This document shows, piece by piece, positions 36,915 through 46,052 of a stretch of DNA of 64,000 bases. The position numbers and the translations under genes are program-made. Below the pieces are notes generated by a model. It saw only the letters and a program-made list of their open reading frames with translations. It was not told the DNA's origin and searched no databases. Location of the stretch: assembly GCA_902577905.1 (NCBI GenBank), contig CACHAQ010000005.1, positions 21,928-85,927 of the forward strand, given 5' to 3'. The first letter of the stretch is position 1, and each line of letters begins with the position of its first letter. Source of the stretch: an uncultured Alphaproteobacteria bacterium. GTDB taxonomy: Bacteria > Pseudomonadota > Alphaproteobacteria > HIMB59 > GCA-002718135.

Positions 36915-36955
36915 GAACAAAAATAGAACTTTTAAAAATAGAACAAAACGTGTAC
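36915..36955. promoter_or_regulatory. Two tandem alphaproteobacterial-type LexA (SOS) boxes upstream of recA: GAAC-N7-GAAC and GAAC-N7-GTAC
   Basis: GAACAAAAATAGAAC at 36915..36929 and GAACAAAACGTGTAC at 36941..36955, 60 nt upstream of the recA ATG. GAAC tetramers should be rare in this AT-rich spacer. Confidence 0.55.
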
Positions 36956-37014
36956 AAGTAAACATGATTTGCAAGAATCTTAATAAAAACATAGGAAATT
37001 AATGGAGAAGTTTA

Positions 37015-38127
37015 ATGTCTCAAGCTAAATTAAAAGTAGTTAATAACGAAAATTCAATGGATAAAGAAAACAGAAGTAAATCTCTAGAAGCCGCTGTAAG
37101 CTTAATAGAGAAAAATTATGGAAAAGGCTCAATAATGAAATTGGGCTCAAAAACAAACGTAGATATTGAAGCAATATCCACAGGTTCATTAGGGCTTGAT
37201 ATAGCTCTCGGTATTGGAGGAGTTCCAAAAGGGAGAATTATTGAAATATATGGACCTGAAAGTTCTGGTAAAACTACTTTGGCTACTCATATTGTTGCAG
37301 AATCACAAAAACAGGGTGGTAATTGCGCATTTATAGATGCAGAGCACGCTTTAGATCCGGCATATGCGAAGAAATTAGGTGTAAATTTAGAAGAATTATT
37401 AATTTCGCAGCCCGATACAGGAGAACAAGGTTTAGAAATTGCTGATTCTTTAATTAAATCTGGAGGTATTGATGTACTCATTATTGACTCAGTTGCTGCA
37501 CTGGTTCCAAGAGCTGAATTAGAAGGCGATATGGGAGATTCATTACCTGGTTTGCAAGCAAGATTGATGAGTCAGGCCTTAAGAAAACTCACAAGTTCTA
37601 TCGCTCAATCAAACACTCTAGTTGTATTTATAAATCAACTTAGAATGAAAATTGGCGTTATGTTTGGAAGCCCTGAGACAACTACAGGTGGTAATGCTTT
37701 AAAATTTTATTCTTCAGTAAGAATGGACATAAGAAGAATTGGTGCAATAAAAGATAAAGATGAAATCATTGGAAATCAAACTAGAGTTAAAATAGTTAAA
37801 AATAAAGTTGCGCCTCCATTCAAAGTTGTTGAATTTGATATAATGTATGGAGAGGGGATATCAAAATTAGGTGAGTTAGTTGATTTAGGTGTCAAAGCAG
37901 AAATTATTGATAAATCAGGATCATGGTTTGCATACAAAAATACTAAAATAGGACAAGGTAGAGAAAACGTTAAAAACTTTCTTAACGACAATCCTACTAT
38001 AGCTAAAGAAATTGAAAACCAAATTCTACAAAATGCTGGAATAGTTGAAAAAGCTATGATGGAAGGAAAAGTAGAGAATAAAGAAAAAGAAAAAGAAGCT
38101 AAAGAAACTGAAGAAATAAAAGAATAG
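37015..38127 (+). CDS. recA: Recombinase RecA
   Basis: 370 aa with Walker [10 protein letters not shown], the [11 protein letters not shown] block, L1/L2 loops, and an acidic/lysine-rich tail. GGAG RBS upstream. Confidence 0.97.
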   Translation: MSQAKLKVVNNENSMDKENRSKSLEAAVSLIEKNYGKGSIMKLGSKTNVDIEAISTGSLGLDIALGIGGVPKGRIIEIYGPESSGKTTLATHIVAESQKQGGNCAFIDAEHALDPAYAKKLGVNLEELLISQPDTGEQGLEIADSLIKSGGIDVLIIDSVAALVPRAELEGDMGDSLPGLQARLMSQALRKLTSSIAQSNTLVVFINQLRMKIGVMFGSPETTTGGNALKFYSSVRMDIRRIGAIKDKDEIIGNQTRVKIVKNKVAPPFKVVEFDIMYGEGISKLGELVDLGVKAEIIDKSGSWFAYKNTKIGQGRENVKNFLNDNPTIAKEIENQILQNAGIVEKAMMEGKVENKEKEKEAKETEEIKE

Positions 38128-38146
38128 TAAATATTATTTTTGTTTT

Positions 38147-38175
38147 GCGCCTATTTCAAAATAGGCGCTTTTTTA
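38147..38175 (+). terminator. Rho-independent terminator of recA
   Basis: GCGCCTAT (38147..38154), loop TTCAAA, ATAGGCGC (38161..38168), then TTTTTT. This is the only GC-rich hairpin plus T-tract I found in the window. Confidence 0.75.
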
Positions 38176-38176
38176 T

Positions 38177-38204
38177 TTAGACAATAGAGTTTTCAAGTTA
38201 TAAT
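38177..38204 (+). promoter_or_regulatory. Candidate alaS promoter TTAGAC-N16-TATAAT
   Basis: Perfect -10 TATAAT at 38199..38204. The ATG at 38213 is only 8 nt beyond it, and there is no SD. Confidence 0.35.
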
Positions 38205-38212
38205 ACCTTTTC

Positions 38213-40588
38213 ATGAATTCAAATCAGATTAGGTCAACATTTCTCAATTATTTTAAAAAAAATGGACATGAGGTTATTCATTCTAGTTCTCTAGTACCAG
38301 ATAATGATCCTACTCTAATGTTTGCTAACTCCGGAATGGTACAATTTAAAAATATTTTTACAGGTAAAGAGACAAGAGAATACAACAGAGCGACTACTGC
38401 TCAAAAATGTGTAAGAGCAGGTGGTAAGCACAATGATTTAGAAAATGTAGGATACACGACAAGACACCATACTTTTTTTGAAATGTTAGGTAATTTCTCT
38501 TTTGGAGATTATTTTAAAGAGTTAGCCATAGAACTAGCTTGGAATCTAATTACTAAAGAATATTCAATAAATAAAGATAGACTATTAGTAACTGTTTATT
38601 CTGATGATCAAGAAGCTTTTGATTTATGGAAAAAAATAGCTGGTTTGTCTGAAAATAAAATTATTAAAATTAATACATCTGATAATTTTTGGTCAATGGG
38701 TGAAACTGGTCCTTGCGGTCCATGTTCTGAAATATTTTATGATCATGGTGATAAATATGAAGGAGGCCCTCCAGGCTCTCCAAATGAAGATGGTGATAGA
38801 TTTATAGAAATATGGAATTTGGTATTTATGCAATATGAGCAGATATCTAAATCTGAGAGAATAAATCTACCAAAACCCTCCATTGATACTGGAATGGGAT
38901 TAGAGAGAATGACAGCTCTTCTAGATGGTTCTAATGATAATTATTCAACAGATTTATTTCAACCGATTATAAATGAATCAACGAAATTATGTGGCGATGA
39001 AAGTTCAATAACAAGTCCTAGTCATAGAGTAATTGCAGATCACTTAAAATCCTCCTCTTTTTTAATTGCAGATGGAGTTATGCCTTCAAATGAAGGTAGA
39101 GGATACGTCTTACGAAGAATAATGAGAAGAGGAATGAGACACGCTCATTCTTTAGGTAATAAAGAGCCTATTTTTCATAAGCTATTCCCTATTTTTTTAG
39201 ATGGAATTAAAAATTCATATCCTGAATTAGATAGAGCAAAAGATCTCATTACTAATACTTTAATGAATGAAGAAACTAAATTCAAAGAAACTGTTGAAAA
39301 AGGAATAAAAATTTTAGATGAGGAAATTTCTAACTCAACAAATATATTTAATGGAGAAGTAGCATTTAAATTATACGATACCTATGGATTTCCATTAGAT
39401 TTAACACAAGATTATTTGAAAAGTAAAAATATTGAAGTCGATATAAAAACATTTGAACAAAAAATGTTAGATCAAAAGGAAAGAGCAAGACAAAGTTGGA
39501 AAGGTACAGGAGACATCGAGGATGAAGGCATTTGGTTTGAAATAACTTCTAAAATAGATCCAACAGAATTTTTAGGATATTCTGATATGGAAGCTGATTG
39601 TAAAATAATTTCAATCATATCAGAAAGTAAGTCAGTAGATAAAATTAAAAAAGATCAAGAAGCAATTATAATATTAAATCAAACACCTTTTTATGGAGAA
39701 AGTGGTGGTCAGGTGGGTGATCTAGGTTTTTTTGAAAATGATAGCTTTAAGTTTGAAGTTATGAATACTACAAAAATATTTGGAAACTATTTTCTTCACA
39801 AAGGTAAAGTAATTAGTGGTGAATGCGAAATTGAAGATACTATTAAAGCAAGCATTAATACATTGAATAGAGATTTTATTAAATATAATCATTCATCAAC
39901 TCATTTATTACATGCTGCTCTAAGAAAAATACTGGGCAAGCATGTCACGCAGAAGGGTTCACTTGTAAATTCAGAAAAACTTAGATTTGATTTTAGTCAC
40001 AATAATCCAATTGAAAAAGATCAACTCATGAATATTGAAGAAATTGTAAATGATCAAATTCAAAAAAATGGAATTGTTGAAATAAAAATTGTGGATCAAA
40101 AAAAAGCTATTGAAGAAGGTGCGATGGCATTGTTTGGAGAAAAATATAGCGATGAAGTAAGAGTAGTAACAATGGGTCAAGAAAATGAATCATTCTTTTC
40201 AAAAGAATTATGCGGAGGAACTCATGTAGTTAAATTAGGGGAAATAAGTAAATTTAAAATAACTAATCAATCCAGTGTTGCGTCTGGAATAAGAAGAATA
40301 GAGGCTGTATCTAATGTTGCAGTGGATAAATATATTAAAGAAATAGAAAGAAATTTATTAGAAAAAAATAAAAACCAAGATAATCAAATTGAAGATTTAA
40401 AGAACAAAATTAAAAAGATTAATGCTGATTATAATTTTAAAAATCAATCTGAAGACAAAGGTTTGTTAATTAAAGAATTAATTCAGATACACGAAAAATT
40501 AAAACAAAATATGTCTATATCAAAAAATATTGATAATATTGTTGTAAAAAAAAATCAAAGAATTAAATTTCATATATTTGATTGCTGA
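38213..40588 (+). CDS. alaS: Alanine--tRNA ligase, N-terminal 791 aa (aminoacylation, tRNA-recognition, editing, coiled-coil); frame broken at an A9 run
   Basis: Class II motifs (FANSGMVQFK, RHHTFFEMLGNFSFGDYFK), editing-site HSSTHLLH and CGGTH. It ends prematurely (VVKKNQRIKFHIFDC*) about 100 aa short of normal AlaRS length. Confidence 0.9.
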   Translation: MNSNQIRSTFLNYFKKNGHEVIHSSSLVPDNDPTLMFANSGMVQFKNIFTGKETREYNRATTAQKCVRAGGKHNDLENVGYTTRHHTFFEMLGNFSFGDYFKELAIELAWNLITKEYSINKDRLLVTVYSDDQEAFDLWKKIAGLSENKIIKINTSDNFWSMGETGPCGPCSEIFYDHGDKYEGGPPGSPNEDGDRFIEIWNLVFMQYEQISKSERINLPKPSIDTGMGLERMTALLDGSNDNYSTDLFQPIINESTKLCGDESSITSPSHRVIADHLKSSSFLIADGVMPSNEGRGYVLRRIMRRGMRHAHSLGNKEPIFHKLFPIFLDGIKNSYPELDRAKDLITNTLMNEETKFKETVEKGIKILDEEISNSTNIFNGEVAFKLYDTYGFPLDLTQDYLKSKNIEVDIKTFEQKMLDQKERARQSWKGTGDIEDEGIWFEITSKIDPTEFLGYSDMEADCKIISIISESKSVDKIKKDQEAIIILNQTPFYGESGGQVGDLGFFENDSFKFEVMNTTKIFGNYFLHKGKVISGECEIEDTIKASINTLNRDFIKYNHSSTHLLHAALRKILGKHVTQKGSLVNSEKLRFDFSHNNPIEKDQLMNIEEIVNDQIQKNGIVEIKIVDQKKAIEEGAMALFGEKYSDEVRVVTMGQENESFFSKELCGGTHVVKLGEISKFKITNQSSVASGIRRIEAVSNVAVDKYIKEIERNLLEKNKNQDNQIEDLKNKIKKINADYNFKNQSEDKGLLIKELIQIHEKLKQNMSISKNIDNIVVKKNQRIKFHIFDC

Positions 40589-40886
40589 AGACTACCCTAA
40601 TAAATCTTTGAAAACATTTATTGATGAGCAAAAAAAACAATATAACAAAAATAGTGTTTCGTTAATAATTTCAAATAATAATAACAAACTATCTATAGTG
40701 CTAGGAGTTACTGAAGATATTACAGACCTTTTTGATGCTTCAAAAGAAATAAGAGAAATTTCGATTATTCTAGGTGGCAAGGGTGGGGGTGGTAGAAAAG
40801 ATCTTGCTCAAGGAGGAGGATCAGATGTTAGTCAAATTCATGAAAGTATAAAATACGTAGAAGATAAATTAAACTCTATTAGTTAA
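40578..40886 (+). pseudogene. alaS: Out-of-frame C-terminal (C-Ala/DHHA1-like) portion of alaS; a frameshifted continuation rather than an independent gene
   Basis: Contains GGKGGGGRKDLAQGGG, the hallmark AlaRS C-terminal motif. Its frame stays open back to 40548 and reads KKIKELNFIY, which joins the upstream frame if one A is removed from 40546..40554. Confidence 0.8.
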
Positions 40887-42087
40887 TTTGAAAATTGTTT
40901 TTTATTGCGCTTAAAAAATCTTGAGTGTTTAACCATTTCTGATCTTTGTTAATTAATATTGCTAGATCTTTTGTCATTTCACCACTTTCTACAGTTTTGA
41001 TACACGTTTCTTCTAATTTTTTAGCAAAATTTATTAATTCATTATTACCATCAAATTCTCCTCTAAAACTTAAACCCCTTGTCCAAGCAAAGATTGATGC
41101 AATAGGATTAGTTGAAGTTTCTATACCTTTCTGATGATTCCTATAATGTCTCGTAACAGTTCCATGTGCTGCTTCAGCTTCTACTGTTTTACCATCTGGG
41201 GTCATTAACACACTTGTCATTAAACCTAGTGACCCAAATCCTTGAGCAACAGAATCTGATTGAACATCTCCATCATAATTTTTACAAGCCCAAATAAAAT
41301 TACCTTCCCATTTTAAAGCTGAGGCCACCATATCATCGATTAATCTATGCTCATAAACTATGTCTTTTTCTTTAAACTTATTTTTAAATTCAGTATCAAA
41401 TACATACTGAAATAAATCTTTAAATCTTCCATCGTAGACTTTTAAAATAGTATTTTTAGTAGAAAGGTAAACTGGCCAACCAAGGTTAAGTCCATAATTA
41501 AAACAAGCTCTAGCAAAGTCTTTAATTGAATTATCTAAATTATACATTGATAGGGCTACACCAGGTTTTTCAAATTCATATACATCTTTTGTAAAACCTT
41601 CAGATCCATCTTTAGGTTCAAAAACCATTTTAAGAGTTCCTGGTTTATTAATTAATGTGTCAGTCGCTCTATATTGATCACCAAAGGCATGTCTAGCAAC
41701 TACAATTGGATGATTCCAGTTTGTAATTATTCTTGGAACATTTTTGCATATAATTGGCTGTCTAAATATTGTTCCTCCCAGTATATTTCTTATTGTTCCA
41801 TTGGGAGAACGCCACATTTGTTTTAATTTGAATTCCTCTACTCGATTTTCATCAGGAGTAATTGTTGCACATTTTATTCCTACACCATATTTTTTCACCG
41901 CCTCGGCAGCATCTATTGTGATTTGATCATTTGTCTCATCTCTTTTAATCACTCCAAGATCAAAATATTTGATATCTATATCAAGATAGGGCAAAATTAA
42001 TTTTTCTTTGATATACTCCCAGATGATTCTGGTCATTTCATCTCCATCCATTTCAACTACAGGGTTTTTAACTTTTATTTTTGCCAT
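40879..42087 (-). CDS. icd: NADP-dependent isocitrate dehydrogenase (eukaryote-like homodimeric subfamily)
   Basis: 402 aa with [39 protein letters not shown] and GTVTRHYR. Confidence 0.92.
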   Translation of the reverse strand: MAKIKVKNPVVEMDGDEMTRIIWEYIKEKLILPYLDIDIKYFDLGVIKRDETNDQITIDAAEAVKKYGVGIKCATITPDENRVEEFKLKQMWRSPNGTIRNILGGTIFRQPIICKNVPRIITNWNHPIVVARHAFGDQYRATDTLINKPGTLKMVFEPKDGSEGFTKDVYEFEKPGVALSMYNLDNSIKDFARACFNYGLNLGWPVYLSTKNTILKVYDGRFKDLFQYVFDTEFKNKFKEKDIVYEHRLIDDMVASALKWEGNFIWACKNYDGDVQSDSVAQGFGSLGLMTSVLMTPDGKTVEAEAAHGTVTRHYRNHQKGIETSTNPIASIFAWTRGLSFRGEFDGNNELINFAKKLEETCIKTVESGEMTKDLAILINKDQKWLNTQDFLSAIKNNFQIN

Positions 42088-42626
42088 TTAATTAATATAT
42101 TTTTTAATTGATGAACCGTATCTATAATGTGAAAACTATTTTGTAAATTTTTATTTGAAAAATTTTCATCTTCAAAAAATTTAAATTGCTGAAATAGATT
42201 ATCCCAGAAATTATTTTTATTAAAAAATATTATTGGCTTATTATGAATCCCCATTACTTTCCAAGATACAACTTCTACTATTTCTTCTAAAGTACCTGTT
42301 CCTCCTGGTAATGCTAAATACGCATCACCTAACTTAAATAGTAACTTTTTTCTTTCAGACATATTATCCACTATTTTTAATTCATCTATATTTTCAAAAA
42401 TTATTTCTCTCTCAGATAAAAAATTTGGAATAACTCCCGTAACTCTATTTTTATATTTTTTTGCTGTCTTAGCAACCACACCCATAACACCAACTTTTGC
42501 CCCACCGTAGACAATATTTATTTTAAATGATGATATTAATTTGCTAATTTCTTCTGCATCTTGATAATATTTATTACTTAATTTTTCTGAAGATGAGCAA
42601 TAGACAGTAATAGATTTAATAGTCAT
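42075..42626 (-). CDS. LOG-family (TIGR00730) nucleotide phosphoribohydrolase-like protein
   Basis: 183 aa with GGAKVGVMG and PGGTGTLEE motifs. It overlaps the icd start by 13 nt. Confidence 0.85.
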   Translation of the reverse strand: MTIKSITVYCSSSEKLSNKYYQDAEEISKLISSFKINIVYGGAKVGVMGVVAKTAKKYKNRVTGVIPNFLSEREIIFENIDELKIVDNMSERKKLLFKLGDAYLALPGGTGTLEEIVEVVSWKVMGIHNKPIIFFNKNNFWDNLFQQFKFFEDENFSNKNLQNSFHIIDTVHQLKNILIKWQK

Positions 42627-42651
42627 AAATTTAATGTTTATTAGAAAAAAT

Positions 42652-45600
42652 TTAACTAGAAATTTTATTCTTATACCAATTTTTAATGTTTTCTCTAAAC
42701 ATTAATGCTGATGGCGTTACAACTAATGTGAGAAATGTCGCAAAAAGTAGTCCAAATACTATAGCTGTTGATAATTGAACCCACCACTGGGTATCTGGCG
42801 AACCTCTGGTTATTTCTCTAGATATGAAGTCAACATTTGTCATTGTAACCATTGGTAATAATCCTAGTACTGTTGTAGTAGTTGTAAGTAAAACTGGTCT
42901 CAGTCTCTGTGCCCCTGTTTTGATAATGGCTTCTCTTATACTAGATGTTTTAGTCTTTAAAAAATCAAATGTATCAATCAATATAATATTATTATTTACA
43001 ACTATTCCAGCAAGAGCAATTACTCCAACTCCTGACATAACAATACCAAATGGCTGTGCTGTTACCATTAGACCTATAAAAACACCAGCTGTGGACATTA
43101 CTACTGCAAAAAGAATTAAGAATGCACTATAAAAACTATTAAACTGCAATAGAAGTATCATTAGCATTAAAAATAAAGCTACACCAAAAGCTCCTGTTAA
43201 AAATTCTTGAGCTTCTTTTTGATCTTCATTTTCTCCAATAAGTTCAGCCCTTACTTTGTTATCTAATTCATAACGAGGTAAATCTAAAGTTCTTCCTCTC
43301 CAAGACGGAGCAGTATCTGAAATTCCTAATACGTACTCAAGTTCTTTTACTTTTCCGTCAGGATAAGTTCCAGGCTCTACATCTGCCTGAATATTTATAG
43401 CATTTTTTGAATCTACTCTAATTATATTTCCTGTTCTGCTATTTGGAACAATTTCTACAAAATTGGATATTGGAACTAAACCATTTGAAGTAGTTACTCT
43501 TAAGTTATCAATTCTATCCAATGTTCTTCCTTCGTTTGGATAACGAAGATAAAGTGGTATACTTTCATTACTATCATCAGGTCTATATTCACCAAGTTTA
43601 AGACCGTTTGTTGCAAGTTTAATTACATTACCAATTGATGTAATGTTAGCTCCAAACTTAGAAGCTTGTTTTCTATCTACATTAATTTCCCATTCTATCC
43701 CAGGTGCTGGTAAATTATCTTCTACATTCATTAACTTTGGATAACTATCCATAAATTTTTTAAGCTTAATTCCTTCAGCAATTAAAAGTTGTTTATTATC
43801 ACTGGTTAATTTAATGTTTATTGGTTTACCTTCACCAGGACCACCTTGTTGTTCTCTTGACTCTACTTTAATGCCATTGATGCTTTTTGTGGCTTCCAAA
43901 ATTTCTGCAAGAATTACTTTTGATTTTCTTCTTTTATCCCAATCTGTATATTCCAAACTTATTGATCCAATAAAGTCTTCTGATGCCTCTGATTGTTCAC
44001 TTACATTTCCACTTAAAGAATAAATATTTTTAAATTCTTGTCTTTCCGATTGAAGCTTTAAAATAATATTCTCAACTCTTGATACATAATCTTTTTTTTC
44101 TTCAACTGAGAGATTACCTCTTGCAAAGACTACAATTTTTGCAAGATCTGGTTCAACATCTGGGAAAAATTCTACACCTTCTCCAACTTTAGTATAGGTG
44201 TAGTTTACAGCAACTAATATTACTAAAGCACTAATCATCACCTTTAAAGGATGAAATAATAAGAAGTTCAATACTTTTGCATAAAATCCAACAAAACCAG
44301 TTACATTTAAAACAGGTTCATTTGATTCTGAAGATAAGATTTTTGCATTTTTAGAAACTAATTTATCTGTAGAATTTACATTTTCTGAAATTTTATAAAC
44401 TCTTGGTATAATTCTTATAAATACAAATATAAATAAAGCGAAGCTCAGTAAATATTTTCCAATTGTTATAAATAAACTAAAACTTTCAAGATTTAATAAT
44501 CCAAATCCATAAGATAATAGATTGTAAAAAATTAATGATATTAGTAATGGTACAATAAATTGGAGAAGTATTCTTGAAACAGTATTTAAAATAGATCCTA
44601 AAACTGGGACAAACAGTAATGCCATAAACAAAGAAGATATAAGAACGCATATAAGTGTAATTGGTAAATATTTCATAAATTCACCAGCTATACCAGGCCA
44701 GAATATTAAAGGTAAAAAGGCCGCTAGGGTAGTTGCAGTCGATGATATAATTGGTAGTGACATTTTTTTTGATGCGTTTGCGAAAGCATCTTTTACACCA
44801 AGACCTTCTTTCATTTTTCTATCTGCATATTCAACAACAACAATTGCTCCATCGACTAATAGTCCTACAGATAAAATTAGAGCAAATAATACTACTATAT
44901 TAATAGTAAAACCCATTACAGACAGAGCTAATAAACCTGATAAAAAAGATCCTGGAATAGATACACCAACTAATAAACCAGATCTAACACCTAATGCTCC
45001 TAAAATAATAATTAAAACAAGGATTATAGCTGCTATGACGTTATTTTGCAGACTATTTAACATAGTTTTAATTCCTTTTGATTGATCATTTCCAAAAGAG
45101 ATTTCAACATTTTCAGGAAAACTTTTAGCAGTAATTGCAGTTATTCTTTTTACTTCTTCAATAGTATTTATAATATTTTCACCAATTCTTTTGGAAACAT
45201 CAATAGTTATTGAATTAGATCCATTTACATTTGCATAAGATTGCCTATCTTCGAATGTTCTTTTAACTTCAGCTATATCTCTGAAAGTAATAACTGAGTC
45301 TCCGTTAGTTTTAACAGGAGTATTTAATACATCTTCAATAGTTTCGTATAAACCTGGAACTTTAATATCAAAACTTCCATCACCAGTGTCTTGACCACCA
45401 GCAGATACCATTTTATTATTTTCTCTAACAATATTAATAAGACTCTCAAGATTGATACCATAGCTATCAACTGCAGTTGGATTAATTAATATGTCAACCT
45501 GTTCATTTCTTTTACCGCCTATTTTAGCTTCTAAAACACTAGGAATTGTTTCAATATCATCTTGCAAAATATCAGCTAACTCCTGAAGAGTTCTATTAGG

Positions 45601-46047
45601 CACATCTCCACTTAAAGAAATGGATAAGATAGGAAATGTACTTATGTTAACTTCGTTAACTGTTGGTTCATCTGCTTCACTAGGTAAATCACCCTTAGCT
45701 CTATCAACTTTATCCCTAATATCAACCATAGCTTGATCAGAATCAAATCCAGCATCAAATTCTAATAAAACATTACCTCCACCTGAATAAGCTGTTGATC
45801 TTACTTCTCTTACTCCTTCAACAGTTTTAACTTCGTCTTCAATTGGTTTAACTAAAAGCCTTTCAGAGTCTTGTGCAGAAATACCATTTTGACTTAGTGA
45901 AATATAAACTATTGGTATGCTTACATCAGGAGATGATTCTTTGGGCATTGTGATGTAAGTAGATGCACCTGAAAAAATAATAAAAATAAGTATTCCCATG
46001 AAAACTCGGGAATGGCTTATTGCATAGTCTATAATATTAATTTTCAT
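42652..46047 (-). CDS. RND (AcrB/HAE-type) efflux permease with an unusually long TM6-TM7 linker
   Basis: 1131 aa with typical N-terminal TM1 plus a large periplasmic loop, conserved TM4 VGLLVDGAIVVVE, and a second half with GIVVNNNIILID. An extra segment of about 95 residues lies at 487-582. Confidence 0.9.
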   Translation of the reverse strand: MKINIIDYAISHSRVFMGILIFIIFSGASTYITMPKESSPDVSIPIVYISLSQNGISAQDSERLLVKPIEDEVKTVEGVREVRSTAYSGGGNVLLEFDAGFDSDQAMVDIRDKVDRAKGDLPSEADEPTVNEVNISTFPILSISLSGDVPNRTLQELADILQDDIETIPSVLEAKIGGKRNEQVDILINPTAVDSYGINLESLINIVRENNKMVSAGGQDTGDGSFDIKVPGLYETIEDVLNTPVKTNGDSVITFRDIAEVKRTFEDRQSYANVNGSNSITIDVSKRIGENIINTIEEVKRITAITAKSFPENVEISFGNDQSKGIKTMLNSLQNNVIAAIILVLIIILGALGVRSGLLVGVSIPGSFLSGLLALSVMGFTINIVVLFALILSVGLLVDGAIVVVEYADRKMKEGLGVKDAFANASKKMSLPIISSTATTLAAFLPLIFWPGIAGEFMKYLPITLICVLISSLFMALLFVPVLGSILNTVSRILLQFIVPLLISLIFYNLLSYGFGLLNLESFSLFITIGKYLLSFALFIFVFIRIIPRVYKISENVNSTDKLVSKNAKILSSESNEPVLNVTGFVGFYAKVLNFLLFHPLKVMISALVILVAVNYTYTKVGEGVEFFPDVEPDLAKIVVFARGNLSVEEKKDYVSRVENIILKLQSERQEFKNIYSLSGNVSEQSEASEDFIGSISLEYTDWDKRRKSKVILAEILEATKSINGIKVESREQQGGPGEGKPINIKLTSDNKQLLIAEGIKLKKFMDSYPKLMNVEDNLPAPGIEWEINVDRKQASKFGANITSIGNVIKLATNGLKLGEYRPDDSNESIPLYLRYPNEGRTLDRIDNLRVTTSNGLVPISNFVEIVPNSRTGNIIRVDSKNAINIQADVEPGTYPDGKVKELEYVLGISDTAPSWRGRTLDLPRYELDNKVRAELIGENEDQKEAQEFLTGAFGVALFLMLMILLLQFNSFYSAFLILFAVVMSTAGVFIGLMVTAQPFGIVMSGVGVIALAGIVVNNNIILIDTFDFLKTKTSSIREAIIKTGAQRLRPVLLTTTTTVLGLLPMVTMTNVDFISREITRGSPDTQWWVQLSTAIVFGLLFATFLTLVVTPSALMFRENIKNWYKNKISS

Positions 46048-46052
46048 TTAGA

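Noticed and set aside
42364-42372. DnaA-box-like TTATCCACT
   Set aside because: It is a single one-mismatch copy inside the LOG-family coding sequence. There is no cluster, no AT-rich unwinding element context and no dnaA or dnaN nearby.
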